The translations under genes and the position numbers were made by a program. Shown here piece after piece: positions 10,606 to 24,904 of a DNA stretch of 64,000 nt (position 1 is its first letter; each line of letters starts with the position of its first letter). The notes under the pieces were generated by a model. It was not told the origin of the DNA and searched no databases. It saw only the letters and a program-made list of their open reading frames with translations. Source of the DNA: Psilocybe cubensis (Eukaryota). Location of the stretch: positions 3,286,001 through 3,350,000 of the forward strand of contig CM038998.1 of NCBI GenBank assembly GCA_017499595.2, written 5' to 3'.

Positions 10606-12988
10606 TCACGCTAGAGGCAGTCCACAGACATCACAGTCCCCGCCATGGTCGTTTTCGAACGTGCAATGCGGGCAAATCTGAATATTCGACGACCCGCCTG
10701 CACTTGAGTCGCCGGATGCAGCTGCTGCTGCTGCCGCGCGTGCCGCATCGTCTGCTGCGATCTGGTCGTACACTTCCGGGGGGATATCGTCGTCGTCCAT
10801 TCTGTCGGCACCACTTGCGCTGGGACCAGAACTACTCCGTCGAGCAGCTGAAGTAAATAATTAAAAAAAAAGCATCAGCAAGCCGATTCCATTTCTGCGG
10901 AAATGAAAAATGTGAAACGTACGAGCACTTTCCCGGGTGAACGTCATCAAGGTATGCCATCCTTCAGTCTCCAAAACAGGATCGATATTCTTGGCGTCCT
11001 CCAGGAGTGTAGGTGACGTGATAGTACGCATTAAAACCTTAATATCATCCTATACTCACGTAAGCGCACAGGCGCTTAATCATCAGACACAACATCCGTT
11101 TTCGGGGGTAAACATAGGTAGACAAAAACGTACATTGGAAAACAATTGAGTGGTTTGCAGGAACGCGACAAAGTGCCAGTCGCTCAGCCATTTCGCCAGT
11201 TCGATCTTTTTATAGCTTTCGCTTCCTGGATACAATGATGGCGCTTCCAGTCTGTTAAGCGCCGACATGGCAGTCTCGAGACTTTGGTTTTCCAATCCAG
11301 GTCTGTTTTCAATGGCAAATGCAGTAGACTGGAAGATCGGTGACGGGTTTTGTGGGAAACCATGCGTAACCTTTGAGTCATCAAACATCAGCAAGTTTGT
11401 AAACGGCAAGAGTGCAACAGAAAACATACATTCACCAAAAGATATTCAACCGGGAAACAAGGTTTGGCGCTTTTCTTCACTTCAAGGTTGTACTCGTTCC
11501 GGTACGAGAAGAAAACATCAGGAACGTATCTTGCTGAATCGTTCGTCCTGTCTTCTTCCTTCACACGAACGATGCCTGGGTCTACGCTTGCCTCAATCAT
11601 ATCCGCCTCAACCATAGCCACAGCTTGCTCAGAGACTTGATACGCAGACACGTCGACTTGCCCATCCTCAGTGGCTGTTAGGACAGCCGTAACAAGTCGT
11701 GACGCGTACTGTCCAGTGGGAGACGATTTACTGGCCGTCGGGTTGCTCTTCTGCACAGTCGCCGCAAAAATAGCCTCCAAAGATGACAGGTAGAATGATT
11801 GGGGGTGCCGCTTATACACGTTCTTGGTACGATCCTCGGGAGTTGGATCCAAGTCCGTGAAGATGTATCCGACGACTGAGAGAGGCGTCGACGCCTCACT
11901 TGCTAGTTGACGAATACGTGTTTCTTCCTCCCATGGCCAGCCCAGAGTCAGTCCATCAATTTCTCCTTGCTGAGGTGGTTCGTAGATAGCTTCCACTACG
12001 GCCTTGACGCCCATCGGAACCTTGTCATATGGTTCATAGCGACCTATCAACCATCCAAAGCGCTGAAGACCAGTCTTTCTCCACGCTTGAAGGAACCGAT
12101 CGATGATCTCCAATGACGCTATCTCCAGGTGATCAACCATTCGAAACGGCTGCGACTGCAGGGTTATCGAAGAAGGTTGGCACGCAGTACAGATGCCTGC
12201 GGGCCACGGAGGATGTGTGGCAGTCGGACATGGCACTTTGACTTTGTACGAAAGTGGGTTCAAAGGAGGCAATTGGGATGCAGCGGATGCCGATGGTTTT
12301 GGCGTAATCTTCTGCAAATATGCATGATACGATAGATGCTTAATAGAGTGTTCCTTGTGGTATGCGGCATCGTAAGGTTCCAAGGGCATGCAATAATCAC
12401 ACATCCCGTTCAATGCGTGTTTGCAGAATCGTGAATCTCGCTGCCGGGGAATTTTGCCTGATGTAGATCTCCAGTAGGTATCCACAGGATCCTCTTGCAC
12501 GAGCTCCCAGGGACGTTTCGCACTTTCTTTTGCGGCGCCCGTACTCGACGTCGCAGCTGACGTAGAGGGAGCGGGCGTAGCATCATTGCTTTCCGATTTC
12601 GGTTTGTACGATACAAAGACAAGATCGCCATGGCTATGGTATACTGTAAGTCATTAAGATACACGACCGATATGAGGACCACTCACTTGAGACCCAATTT
12701 TTTCAACGTCTGGCCCTTCAAAGCAGAGATCTTGACTTCATTTCCTCGAGGTTGATTTGATATTGTTATACTGGAAACATCGGGATCGGTTGATGTCTCT
12801 AAAATCTAAAAAAGATATCAGCGTTTCTTAACACTTGGGCACACTCTATTCTACCTTTTCCAACAATTTGGAAATGTCATCATCTGGGGAGAAGTCATAA
12901 CGAAAGTTGCCGTCTTTCGATCTGATCCTGATCAACTATGGATAGTGAGTTGAATAGCTAACAATCCAGAAGATCATTCACATACCAT
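10606..12988 (-). CDS. NPL4: Cdc48 cofactor Npl4 with a C-terminal NZF zinc finger
   Basis: ATG-only first exon, then LIRIRSKDG. CKHALNGMCDYCMPLEPY, HPPWPAGICTACQP, QPFRMVDH, FPVEYLLV; ends CPHCTFEN..CDVCGLP. Confidence 0.93.
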
Positions 12989-13569
12989 ACTGTGCAGTAT
13001 TTGGGGCGATTGTATGTAGAATAAGACAACAAGTTTGAATCGCAAGTGTTGGATGTATGCGTCTTCGGGGACGACGCGTCAGGCCCAAGACGCGTAATGG
13101 CTGACTCAGCACCGTCCCGATCAAACTTTCCTGATTGAGTGGAGCTCCTATTAACCGGCACCGGTGGCTCTACTGAAGCAGGCCTTCATTCTTGCTCATT
13201 GTAGGCGTCCTTGTTCTTACAATGCGTCTGAAAGCTTTGGGCTGCTATCAGGTGGTACAGAAGGCGGCGTTAGAATTTGACTGGAGTAAATTGGCAGGAC
13301 TGCCCGTGTAGTGGGTCCGGTGAAGGATTTTGAATACCGACTAACTTCTTGTGGCGAGATTACAGCAAATAATGTGCCGATCAGGCGTGATAGACTCGTA
13401 CTCGACTAACGCCTCCCACATCGCAGGAAGCGCCGTATTTCCTCGAAAGATTACAAGTTATTTAATGTATAATGTTTATAAGGCCTGCAAGCGACTGTGC
13501 ATCAGATGGATTTGGCTTTTAGAAGCATTGCCGTGCTACTCGTTCGAACTGTCGCAATTTTGTGTACCG

Positions 13570-14836
13570 ATGGCGAATCAAGGCTCTTACCGTATGTTTT
13601 GCCTCGCCTCCAACCCAATACTCAAAGTATTATTACCACATCTCTTTGTTGCGTGTTATGCTATCTCTCAAAAGCGAGGCTCTAGAGGACACAGTTTGCC
13701 TTACGTCCCCAGAACCATCTGGTGCTCAGGAATTACAATTCTGGGAAACATTTGCATTTGACATGGAGCGGGAGCAACACGCAAACTCTCGGAATCCTCG
13801 AGACCCACAAAGATCACGCTCTACTTCTACGTCTAATACGACAGCGCAGCATTCGCGTATACATTCAGGAGCTCCAAGTAAGCCATATATATTTGCATTT
13901 CTGTTCCGCGTTCGAACCGTCGTGTCCGTTAGGCGTACAAGATGCTGCATTACTGGCCCAATTTGCCGCTGCCACAGGGGGCGGCGACCTCAGTCAGGTG
14001 TATTCCAATATAATGGCCCAAAACCCTTATCCATCCATGGGCCCAACGCCTGGCTTTTACGGAAACTTCTTGCACCACGGTTCGATGCCGACGCAACTGC
14101 CTCCGCTATCTTCACTTGACTTTCCATGGAATAACGTCCCCCAGCAACCGCAGGCTAGTTCCAGTCATTACGACCACCGTCAAGAAGATCCAAATACAAG
14201 AATGCATACTTTACCACCATATATGGACGCGCAGTTTACACCGTCTGGGCCCCGCCCTGCTCAGACGACTAAAGAGAGCAAGCGAGGGAAAGCGGCATCA
14301 AGCTCCACGGTGAATGAGAATCGATCAACAAGTTCTCCGGAGGTCGATATGACGGAAGCGGAACGCGCAGCCATCGCAGACGAGAAAAGACGCAGAAATA
14401 CAGCAGCATCCGGTAAGAGAAACTCATCTCAAGAACGATAATTCACTGAGCTATAAACATCGCAGCGCGTTTTCGAATCAAGAAGAAGCACAAAACTCTG
14501 GGACTCGAGCGATCCGTGTCGGACCTGACTGGGAGGGCAGAAGAACTAGAGAGAGAGGCTGCCGACTTGCGTAGAGAGAACGGATGGTTAAAAGAAATCG
14601 TCATGCTCAAAGGCACCAGATTTGCCGCAAATAACGCGGCACATAGGGAAGCATTGAGTCAGGCCGCTGCTCTCGCAACTGGTGGTTATACAGACGCGTC
14701 CAGGGAACCTGCGGGTAGTTCGACTCGGAAGGGAGAGGCATCAGAGTCCGAGCGATCAGAATCAGAGTCATCCGATGTTGAGGAAAAAAAGTCAAAGACC
14801 AAGGGGAAGGGGAAGAAATCGTCAAAAAATGAGTGA
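13570..14836 (+). CDS. bZIP transcription factor, Cys-3/MetR/Zip1-like (sulfur regulator family)
   Basis: DEKRRRNTAAS/ARFRIKKK basic region, leucine zipper ending RENGWLKE, N-terminal ELQFWETFAFD. Confidence 0.8.
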
Positions 14837-15205
14837 TATGGGCCTACTTTTCAACTTTTCTCCTGCGGTCTTCTGTCGTTTTTATCTTCTCTTTCCTGCT
14901 TGTCTTTGTAGGTCTATATATTTTTAAGGAAGGCTCATTTAGTGGTATTTACTTCATATAAACCTATTCTCATACCTTGGACACCCAATTAACGTACAGT
15001 CCGGCTTTGTCGAGATGGAGGGGCACAGAAAAAGAACGGCAGTGAGCTGAATTTATAGCCAGGTTCGGTGCATCAAAGCGGCGGAACCCTTGCCATCGGG
15101 CGAAAATCCGGTTCCCACGCATCTTCTACTGCTCAAGCGGATGGTCAGCCGCGACTGATTTGTGTTCTTTAGTACTTGCACACCACTTGGCATATCTCTC
15201 TCTCA

Positions 15206-15655
15206 ATGTCTTTTGGAAGACCTCCTTCTATTAATGTAGGTTTCAAGGTCACTGCCCCGGATCGCGGATCGTTTCCCCTGGATCATTATGGTGCGTGGAA
15301 ATTTCAAGTAAACATTTTGTTCAGGGCTGATAATAGGTACACCCAACCAGGGGAGTGCAAGGATAAAATGCAGCAATATATGGCATGTTTGAAGCAAAAC
15401 GGGAGCACATCTACTCCTTGCAGGAATCTGAGCAAGGAATATCTTGACTGCCGCATGAACAAGTAAGTCGTGTCGCCAGTTTCAAGTCAATGTAACCCTA
15501 TTGAATGATCCGGCAATTACAGAGGTCTCATGGAGCGGGACGAGTGGAAAAACCTTGGTCTCTCCAATGTAGATAACAAGTCTAAACCTTCTGAATCAAC
15601 CAATGCAGGGGCCTCTGCATCAGACGACAAGTCGTCAACTCAATGCCGCGCGTAG
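15206..15655 (+). CDS. COX19: Cytochrome c oxidase assembly protein Cox19 (twin CX9C)
   Basis: PDRGSFPLDHY/GECKDKMQQYMACL..CRNLSKEYLDCRM/GLMERDEWKNLG. Confidence 0.92.
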
Positions 15656-16561
15656 GGAACCACAAGTGGGAATGGAATGCCCGAGGCTCTATGAATCACA
15701 TTCTCTTTACCACCGCGCAGAAAGCTACCTACGGGGTGTAGGATAAAGTGTTGTTACAAGTCCACTTGTGTGTCCTTTTTCCCGAACACTATCCCGGCCC
15801 CCGTTGGTGTCTCTCCGCTACGCAATATGCCCGACGGCCAGTGCTCGTCGGTCACGCCAAGGCTTTGTTGCCTAGATGTGTTCGGCGATGTTGACAATTA
15901 AATACTAATGAATCATCATTTTTTTAACTGTCCATGGCTTTTGTATTAACCAGTAGCAGTCGATAGCAGGCCATGCTCACTGGCAATAATATGCCAACTT
16001 GGCATCCAAAATCGTTTTGCACGAGCTTTATCAATCACAAGTTAAAATTGGTTGCGTTGCGAATGTCCGGCACGTTCGTGACCAACAATAAATCGATGAG
16101 AACAAGCCCTCAGCAGTATGGGCAGTCCGGTGAAAGTAGTCCAACTCCAGTTGGAAACTTGGCAGAGATTTTTTTTGCGGCTCCGCCTTTTATGGTGCGA
16201 AGGCGGAACGTGGTCACGAAGTATTAAAAATATACAGAGACAACACAGAAGAACGTTGAACGGAGCGATAAGCCTCTCGCCCGCAGCCCCGTTACCCAGC
16301 GTCAGTTTAGCCATTCTGGTCCCCAATCGGAATTTTGCAGCCACCTGAACGTTCGTCTGTTGCCAAACACTGGCCAGATCGTCGCATATGGAGCACTTCA
16401 TTCCGAATGATGCATCCTTCCGCTGATTGCGACAGCCATGCTGCCACTGTATTTGGGTAAATGGTGCGAGTATTTATTTATTTAGCGAGAAAACCCGTGA
16501 AACAGAGGCTGCCTCTTAGTCCTAACAGAACGCGTAAAGATCTCGCACCCGCCTCTTCACC

Positions 16562-18170
16562 ATGCGTTTGGCAGTTGTCTCTGAAAGCCTTTACATTCTC
16601 GCCGGACTTGGTCTGGTGGTGGCAAGCCCTGTAGATCGAAGGGCGCCAAAAGGACAGTACTTTGACGTACAGGTAAAGTAGTTAATTAATGGGTTTCGTA
16701 CGTTTATTTTCTGACGAGGAGCTTTCAGGGACATCGGGGTAGCCGTGGTGAGGCGGTGGAAAGTACTTTGCCATCATTCGCGTGGTTTGTCTGCGAGGAA
16801 ATATATGAACTATCTTTCAAACCTTGATACACCTTTGAACAGGGGATTGATTGACGGTGTGGTAACGCTTGAGCTCGACAATGGTATCACAAAGGTTGAA
16901 TAACTTTTTTTTGTTATTTTAAAGAAGATAATATTGCTAACGCCGATTGTACAGGATGGTGCTGTGATAGTTTGGCATGATGAGGTCATTGAAGCTGACA
17001 AGTGCAACGATACCAAGCCTGCGGTATGTGTAGTTTGAAAACATACACCTTTGCAGGAGATAGTGCTTGACGTACCTGCATGTTGTAGTTTAAGAACGAT
17101 CCTGATTTCCCCTACGTCGGCAAACATGTCGCCAACCTGACTTTAGCGCAGATCAAGACTCTTGATTGTGGTTCGAAGCGTCTGTCTTCTTTCCGTGAGT
17201 TGGATGCTTTTGATTTAAAGGATTACATTAATTGACGTTTCACAGCGCTCCAGTTGACTTATCCAGGAACCAAAATTTCGACGCTTGGAGAGCTCTTCAA
17301 GTTTGCCCAATGCGTTGACCCAGAACGCAGAATCCAATGGAATATTGAATCCAAAATCAATCCTGAACAGACTAATTCTACCCGGGGAGTTGACGACTTT
17401 GTGAAGCTCCAGCTAGCAGAATTCAAGAAGAGCTCGTATAAACTCTCTCAGATCACAGTGAGCCCCCTTCGAGTGGCATGAAATGATGATTACTGAAGCG
17501 TAATTGTAGTACCAAAGTTTCGACTGGAGGACGCTGATGGGTATGAAGGTGTGTTTGTCATGCGATAAGAAAGAAAGACAGCTAAAGCTTGAGATAGGCT
17601 CTTGAACCCCGGGTTCCAACTGCCGCGTTGCTTGACGAGTACGTCGAAATGACCTCAATTCCAATTACTCCACATCTAATACTTTGATAAGTACAACCCT
17701 GTATGGACCCAACAACACCACTTCGGTGTGGCTCGGAGGGCTCCGCCTCGACGACTTCAAGGGGAAAACCACGGGGGAAAAAATTGCATATGCCGCCAAG
17801 TCAATCAAAGCGAGCATTGTGTCGCCAGGAGTTTATTCCAGTGCGAGTAGCGCTGACCCTAGCGAGGAAGGCTATATCCCTTTTGCAACCAAGGACATGA
17901 TTGACAAGGCGCATGAACTCGGAATGCTGGTGAAGCCCTGGACTGTATGCCTTTAACGATTTAACCGTAGAATTTGCCTAACGGTTCATTCGACAGATTA
18001 ACCGGCTCAACATCGCAGAACAAATCCTCGACTGGGGTGTCGATGGAATCATCACAGATTACCCAGCGACGGTTCGCAGGCTAGCTGAACAGCGCGGAAA
18101 GCCAGTTGCGCCGGCTTTTAGCAAAAAGACGGTGCTGGGATGCCTGAACAAGCACTTGCAGAAAGCGTAG
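16562..18170 (+). CDS. Secreted glycerophosphodiester phosphodiesterase (GDPD)
   Basis: Signal peptide; FDVQ/GHRGSRGEAVESTLPSFA, LELDNGITK/DG..VWHD, WNIESK, QSFDW, VKPWT, GVDGIITDYP; many introns. Confidence 0.85.
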
Positions 18171-18352
18171 TATATCTATAAGACGATAAATACCCATACT
18201 TTAGTAGACAGAGGAATAATATCCGCGTGGTTGTGAATAACAGGAGTCAGTGACCAGTCATGCCGGAACGGAACGGAGATTCTCGGCAAGGACCGAGAGG
18301 AAAGTGTAGTCGTCGTTACTTTTATTTCAGTCAACATACTCGCTCTCCTCTA

Positions 18353-19394
18353 ATGGCTACATTTCAGGCCGTCAAAAAGGCGGTCACCCTCACCCCCACC
18401 GTCCGCGCCCTCCCCAGCGGCATTCCCCATGCTCCCCTTCTGAACCTCGCCGCCAGGGCTCCCCATGATCCCCATGCCCATGGTGCCGCAGGTCCTCGCG
18501 CTGACGCTGCCCCACAATGGGCTGGAGGCGTTTCCCGCACTGCTTCGGGTCTGGTGTCCAAGACGTTCACCACAGGTCTCTATTTCTCTATTCATTGTAT
18601 CCAAAATCTCACAAAGATATGCAGTCTCTCCTACCTCCAACTTCCAGCAGCGATACATCCACACCTCTGTTGCCAGGAAAGACGCGCCTGAAGTCCCAGA
18701 TTTCTCTGCTTATCGCACCAACCCCGAGACCAACCGTGCTCTCTCCTACTTCATGGTCGGCTCCCTCGGTGTTATCTCTGCTTCCGCTGCAAAGTCCAGC
18801 GTGTCAGAGTTCCTCCAGAGCATGGCTGCCTCTGCCGACGTTCTCGCCTTGGCCAAGGTCGAGGTTGACCTCACCACCATTCCCGAGGGCAAAAACGTTA
18901 TCATCAAATGGCGAGGAAAGCCAGTGTTCATCAGGCACAGGACTCAGTCCGAAATCGACGAAGCCCGCAGCTCCGACTGGAAGTCTTTCAGGGATCCTCA
19001 AGCCGATGAGGACCGAGTGAAGAAGCCGGAGTGGTTGGTCATGTTGGGCGTTTGCACCCATCTGGGATGTGTCCCCATTGGCGAGGCTGGTGACTATGGA
19101 GGCTGGTGAGTTGGCTTGCTCTTCAAACTTGTTCGCATTTGTCAATAAATGTATTTAGGTTCTGCCCTTGCCACGGCTCTCACTACGATATCTGTGCGTA
19201 ATATTTGTTGAGTTTGATGGCTGTATTCTGACCTTTTATTCTAGCCGGTCGTGCCCGCAAAGGCCCTGCTCCTGTAAGCATCCTCCCAATCATAAACAAA
19301 CATTTGCTTACAATTCTATTTCTTTTCTCAGTTGAACTTGGAGGTTCCCGTATACGAATTCAACGAGACAGAAGATAAACTCGTCATTGGTTAA
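18353..19394 (+). CDS. RIP1: Ubiquinol-cytochrome c reductase Rieske iron-sulfur subunit
   Basis: KWRGKPVFIRHR, CTHLGCVP, FCPCHGSHYDIS, GPAP/LNLEVP. Confidence 0.96.
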
Positions 19395-19694
19395 TTTGTT
19401 TACTTTAGAGACCTGTGGAGTTTTTATATTAGACCCATCAATGAAGTGTGTTTGTTGAAACCTTGGAGAAGTTCTTTTTACTGTACAACGAATTCAACGC
19501 GGTATAGCCTTTTAAGAGAGCGACTAAGACTATGTATCCCGAGGCCGAGCCCGTGTAGTCTCAGTCTGGAAGTTTGGTTCCCGGTAAAGATCTCACCTAC
19601 ATATTAATGCCGTCATACTCGGTGTTTCTCACCTTTCGACTTGACCACCACCTTCAGACTCGATTTCATCCACATCGACAAGGTCTAGAGAGCC

Positions 19695-20562
19695 ATGGCA
19701 AGAGTACAGCTCCTTTCAATTGCTTCTTTATCAGGCCTCTTTAACCTCAATGCTGTCTATCTTACTGGATATGCATGGCTCTTCGGCATGTGTGAGTTTC
19801 TCCCTAGATGGAATTGGTCACTGTTATATCCAGCATGCTTATTTCTATACTCTTGTAGCCGTGTGGGTAACTTTCTTTGGAGGTGAGGCGCAAAGTATTG
19901 GTTTTCAGGGGCAAACAATACTGATGGTTCAATTTGAAAGGCATCATCGCGTACAGGGCTCTTCGTATGTCCACCGTATTTGTTCGTCTCATGTAGTACA
20001 CGTTTGGGCTTAACCGTTGGAATCCAGCACGTCATCAGTTCGGTGCTCTGCAACACAAAACTTTCCCGGTCTATTTTGTGTTGTCCATGCTGCTTTCGTC
20101 GGGCCTTATGGCTATATGGACCTTCAAACACCCAGACATCCTAGTCTATCTAGCTCGTCCTAATGTCGCTGACGTGGCCCAATTCTATGCTCTTGCCACT
20201 GTATTTTCCTCGCAAGCACTGAACTATTTTGTCATTGGGCCTTTGACTAGCAAGTAAGCCACTTTATATTTCTTTGTATTACAAGGAAGTTGCTGATATA
20301 TTCACAGGACCATGTTCCAGAGGCAACGGCTTGAGAAAGAAGAAGGCAAAGTTTACAATGATCCGGGTGTGAGTAGGATTCATTTTGGACGATTCAGCAT
20401 TGTAATACTCAAAGGATGTAACAGGTTTCCGACGAAATGAAGGCCTTAAATCGTCGTTTTGGTTCGTTACATGGCATCAGTTCACTGGCCAACCTCGGGG
20501 CAGTTCTAGCGTTGGGTTTCCATGGCTTATGGATTGGCAACGCTGGCGTAAAAGGATATTGA
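19695..20562 (+). CDS. TMEM205/DUF4149-like membrane protein
   Basis: VWVTFFGG/IIAYRAL/RHQFGALQHKTFPVYF; LNRRFGSLHGISSLANL. Confidence 0.75.
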
Positions 20563-20709
20563 GGATTTTGGAACTGACCTTCTAAAGAATTGGAATAGCA
20601 TGCTTGCTAAAAGATTTACACATGTGCTGATTAGCACCTTTTAAGAATTTATAAGACAAAGATAAACAGAAGTACAGTATTTGACAATGTGAGGTTGACG
20701 CCCATGCGA

Positions 20710-21630
20710 CTATGCCCCCACTGAGTCAAATTCTGGCACATATCCTTCGCGCAAACTTCTTTCTAGCCTTCTGACTTCCTCTATCGATGTCGCCTTTGCG
20801 ATAGCAGCCTTGACCTTCTCCTGATCCTCTTTCGACATCAAACGACCAGCTTTTACTGTTGGTGCTGCCTTTGGCTCGTCGATGGTGAGAGAAGTCTTAG
20901 TTGAGTGTGCAGTGACAGTCGAAGATATGGTGGTCGCCAAAGCGGTAGGCAGACCATCTGCTGTCACAAACAATGATTTTGCATGGGCGCGTTCCTGTAC
21001 GTATCCAACGAAACACTGAGTCGCGTGCTATGAGACCAGTGAAGGTGCAGGTGAGCGCACCTTATCGCGAATTCTCTGAAAATCCAAAACTCTTAGCCCA
21101 GGAATTCTCCAGGCAAGCCACTCTCTATACCATTTTTTTTCCTGGACAGGGTTGCCCAAAAGAGTGATGTACTTGAGGTGTTTGAGCTCTTTGAGAGGCT
21201 CAAGGTCACCGAGCTCGGTGATATTGTTGTTGGTCAGGACTAGAGTCTGTAGGTTGGGCACGGATAGATGGATAGACGCCGAAATGTTATGTATTCGGTT
21301 GTTGGCGAGAAGGAGAGTCTGGAGACGTTTTAGAAGAGGGAGGTTGCCCAGGGTGATTATGGCGTTGTCAGTGAAATCTATGCAGTCATGTTGGTCCTAA
21401 AGGTGAATTCAGCTGGTAGAACGATACCGAGAGCATCCAGGAGATGAACGTACCCGTGTCACACCCAAATTCTCAATGGCAGGTATTTTGTAGCCTGTAG
21501 GAGATATTTAGAGGCTATCAGATGGACATGTTAGTGGATGGATGGACTGACCTCTGAGGTCGAGCTGGCGCTCCTTCAAAGGATTTTGGTGAGAGGAGAC
21601 CTGGGCTAGCAGCTCTGGGGTGAGCTTCAT
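20710..21630 (-). CDS. LEA1: U2 snRNP A' (leucine-rich repeat)
   Basis: MKLTPELL..NPLKERQLDLRG/YKIPAIENLG; LLGNPV..YREWLAWRIPGLRVLDFQRI. Confidence 0.92.
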
Positions 21631-21781
21631 TGAATGGAGGCGTATTGGAGGATGGATGCAACTACGGCTCTGTGCCAAGACAGGGATCAGAATGGGAAAA
21701 GTTCAGACTCAGATCAACGCGCTTTTGGCAATAATCCAACCTCAGCTCAACAAGCATCCATATCATACCCTTCTCTGCACT

Positions 21782-24532
21782 ATGCGCCCTCTCCACCAAC
21801 GCTATACCTTGTATGCTCCATACTACCCGAATGCAGCCAAAATCTAACTAGCATCCTCTGCACAGGTATACCGAGCGCAATGACACGTACATCTTCGTCC
21901 CAGAAGGCGAAGCCCAGTCACTAACAATACACCGCTCTTCGGGGGATATCATACTAAATTGTCAGTCACTTCCTATCACCTCAATTCTCAGCTGCTCAAT
22001 GGTCACTCTCAGCACTGAAATATACCGTACCTCATGCTGCTCAGAGATCGCAGAAAACAATCTATGGCATTGTTGGCCTAATATCCTTGACACTATGTAT
22101 GTCAACCTCCGTCCACTCAACCTACCCTCTCTTCAATATCCCATACAGCGGAATATGTAATTATTATAACTGGGCGCACTTTGCAAGGCCATTTGATGGG
22201 CCACGACATATACCGCGCGACGGAATTCGATATCCTGCCCTTGGCATCCGTCTCTGCTTACGTCCCTCCACATCCAGTGGAAGCACAACTACTTGGACTC
22301 GTTCGGTCTCATTTAAATGGCGGAAACTTCTTGTTTTCGTATACCTGGGATCTGACTCGTCGACTGCAAGTTCAATGGGACTCAAGGGAAGCGGACGCTG
22401 GCAAGGCCTTTTGGGAAGTTGTGCGTGCACACCGTTTCTTAGGTCATAACTCCCACTGACGGTTAACAGGTCGACGATCGGTTCTTCTGGAACAGGTGCT
22501 TTCTTTAACAACCCTGTATATCTGGCAGTAGTTAAACACCGTTCGCACTCAGATTTTTGCAGACGAAACTCATAGATCAGGCCACTACAAACCCTCATGC
22601 TGCAGTGAGATTTGTCTTGTTTCTATTCATAGCACCGTGCTCATTTTCTTCATAGTACGGCTCCTTCATTCTCCCTATCATGTATGGAAGTATGTAACAT
22701 ACCTTTTGTTTTAAACAAGTTCTCATTACGTTCGTTAATTTCAGCCTTCGACGTGCGCCCAACCTTTCTCCATGGACGACACATGTATTTGGCTCTTATT
22801 AGTCGTCGATCACGATTCCGCGCGGGGACGCGTTATTTCCGTCGCGGTATCGACCACAACGGACATGTTGCCAACTTCAACGAGACTGAACAACTTTTAC
22901 TAGTCGAGGGACAGACGTCGCCGGGTTCAGTGCGCATCAGTGACGACAACTTCGCTACTAAATTGAGCTTCGTGCAAATTCGTGGAAGTGTGCCCGTCTT
23001 CTGGTCCGAAATCAATACTCTTCGATACAAGCCTGATTTGCAAATCATGGAGCTCCCACACACCGTGAGTGAAGGGATTTAGTTCTGCATAACGATACCC
23101 ACACTCATTCTTCATGTAGGATCATGCCATGCAAACACATTTCACCGCTCTTACAAACACGTACGGAAAGCAGTATCTTGTCAATCTTGTGAATCAGAAA
23201 GGCCACGAGAAACCTGTCAAAGAAGCTTATGAACGTTTTGTTGCTCAGGTGAGCTACATCGTATGCTAACGAATGTATTCATCGTAATCTTTCACAGTTG
23301 GATTTGCCCGACGTCAAATACCAATACTTCGATTTCCATGCTGAGTGCAAGAATATGCGATGGGATAGAATTAGTGTTCTCATCGACAAACTAAAAGACG
23401 ATATCGATAGAGAGGGGTTAGTCATTTTTTCGTTAAAATGAGACCATTCTTATCATTAAATTGCGTTTCTTCACTCTAGGTACTTCCAGATCAACAATGA
23501 TGATTCTGCCCCCAAAAAGGTGCAAACAGGCACTGTTCGCACCAATTGCATGGACAACCTTGATCGTACAAATGTCGTGCAGGCAGCGGTTGCCAAATAT
23601 GTCTTGAACCAGCAGCTTAGATCATTAGGTATCTTGTCTGCGGATGACGGTGTCGATGACTATGAAGCCTTTAGCAAAGAATTCAGAGAAAGTGCGTTAA
23701 AGTTGCATCTATCCGTGTAGTTTTGTTTAATGAACATTTTTTGTAGTGTGGGCCGATCATGCTGATAATATCGCAAAAGCATACGGTGGCTCTGGAGCCC
23801 TCAAGTCCGATTTTACCAGAACAAATAAGCGTACTAAAATGGGTGCCTTAGAAGACGGATATAAGTCGGTTATGAGATATCTGAAAAACAATTTCTTCGA
23901 TGGCGCAAGACAAGTATGTTTGGGCGCCATTGTTTGTCTGGCCTGTCTCAAATTCTAACAATTACGCTTCAGGATGGTTTTGATTTGGTCACCGGAACAT
24001 GGATTCCCAGAAAGAATCCATCTTCTGCGTTGTTCCTGATTACGGACCCCCGGCCTCTAATTATACGTTCCGTACGTCCTCATCCAAGTAGAGCATTGAA
24101 ACGTGACTAATCCAACTCTCAGATGCCTGCCATTGCATCGTTCTCCCTTTTTATGATATGTGCGGGCTTGACACTTCCACGCACATCAGGTCAATACATT
24201 CTATTCGTATTTCAATGCATCTTATTCACTAGCCTAAAACAGATTATTCTCTCGTTTATTACTTTATGCTTTGGTTCTCGCTCTTCAGCATGGCCATCGT
24301 ATTCATTCTTATTCATGGCATTGACTACGTTTCGTGGCCTCGCCTCAACCCACTCACCGACATCATCTACTATTCCGGTCCTGGACATCGCTCTGGTCAC
24401 CATGGGAAGGGGTTGCAAGGGATATCTGAGCCAAGTTGGAAGAAAACCAAGTGGGTTTCTGGGGTTGGACGGAGGACGAAGTCGCTTGTGGAGGAGGTCG
24501 AGCTTGGCACTGTGAAGAAGAGAGTTGATTAA
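21782..24532 (+). CDS. SAC1: Sac1 phosphoinositide phosphatase
   Basis: [28 protein letters not shown], catalytic [15 protein letters not shown], two C-terminal TM segments. Confidence 0.92.
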
Positions 24533-24904
24533 TCTTAACTAGTAGAAATATATTACTCTTTGTGTGTTAAGAGAGACTGCCTAATTTATGATGTGTTTTA
24601 TTATATACTGCCATCTTGCGCAGACTTCAATAGACCGTTGCTTTTACTACTTTCTCAAGGGTGAATCGCAGTCCAATTAATTATGAAATTGTTGCTGGAA
24701 CAAGCTGTTGACTCCGAGAAATTTCAACAGTGTCCACACGACCCACATAAAACGCGTGTCGCGCACCCACGCGTACGTCCCTTTCACTCCGTCCACGTGA
24801 CAGTCCACAAAACAACAATTTTTTTCGTTCCAGGTCCACCACAATCACTTTTCTTTACTACCACTCACTTCTTGCTTGCATATATACCCTTTCACGAAAC
24901 TAAA

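Noticed and set aside
15660-16560. Short ORFs between COX19 and the GDPD gene
   Set aside because: No domain evidence.
19159-19273. Very short RIP1 exons
   Set aside because: Microexons are common in basidiomycete genes.
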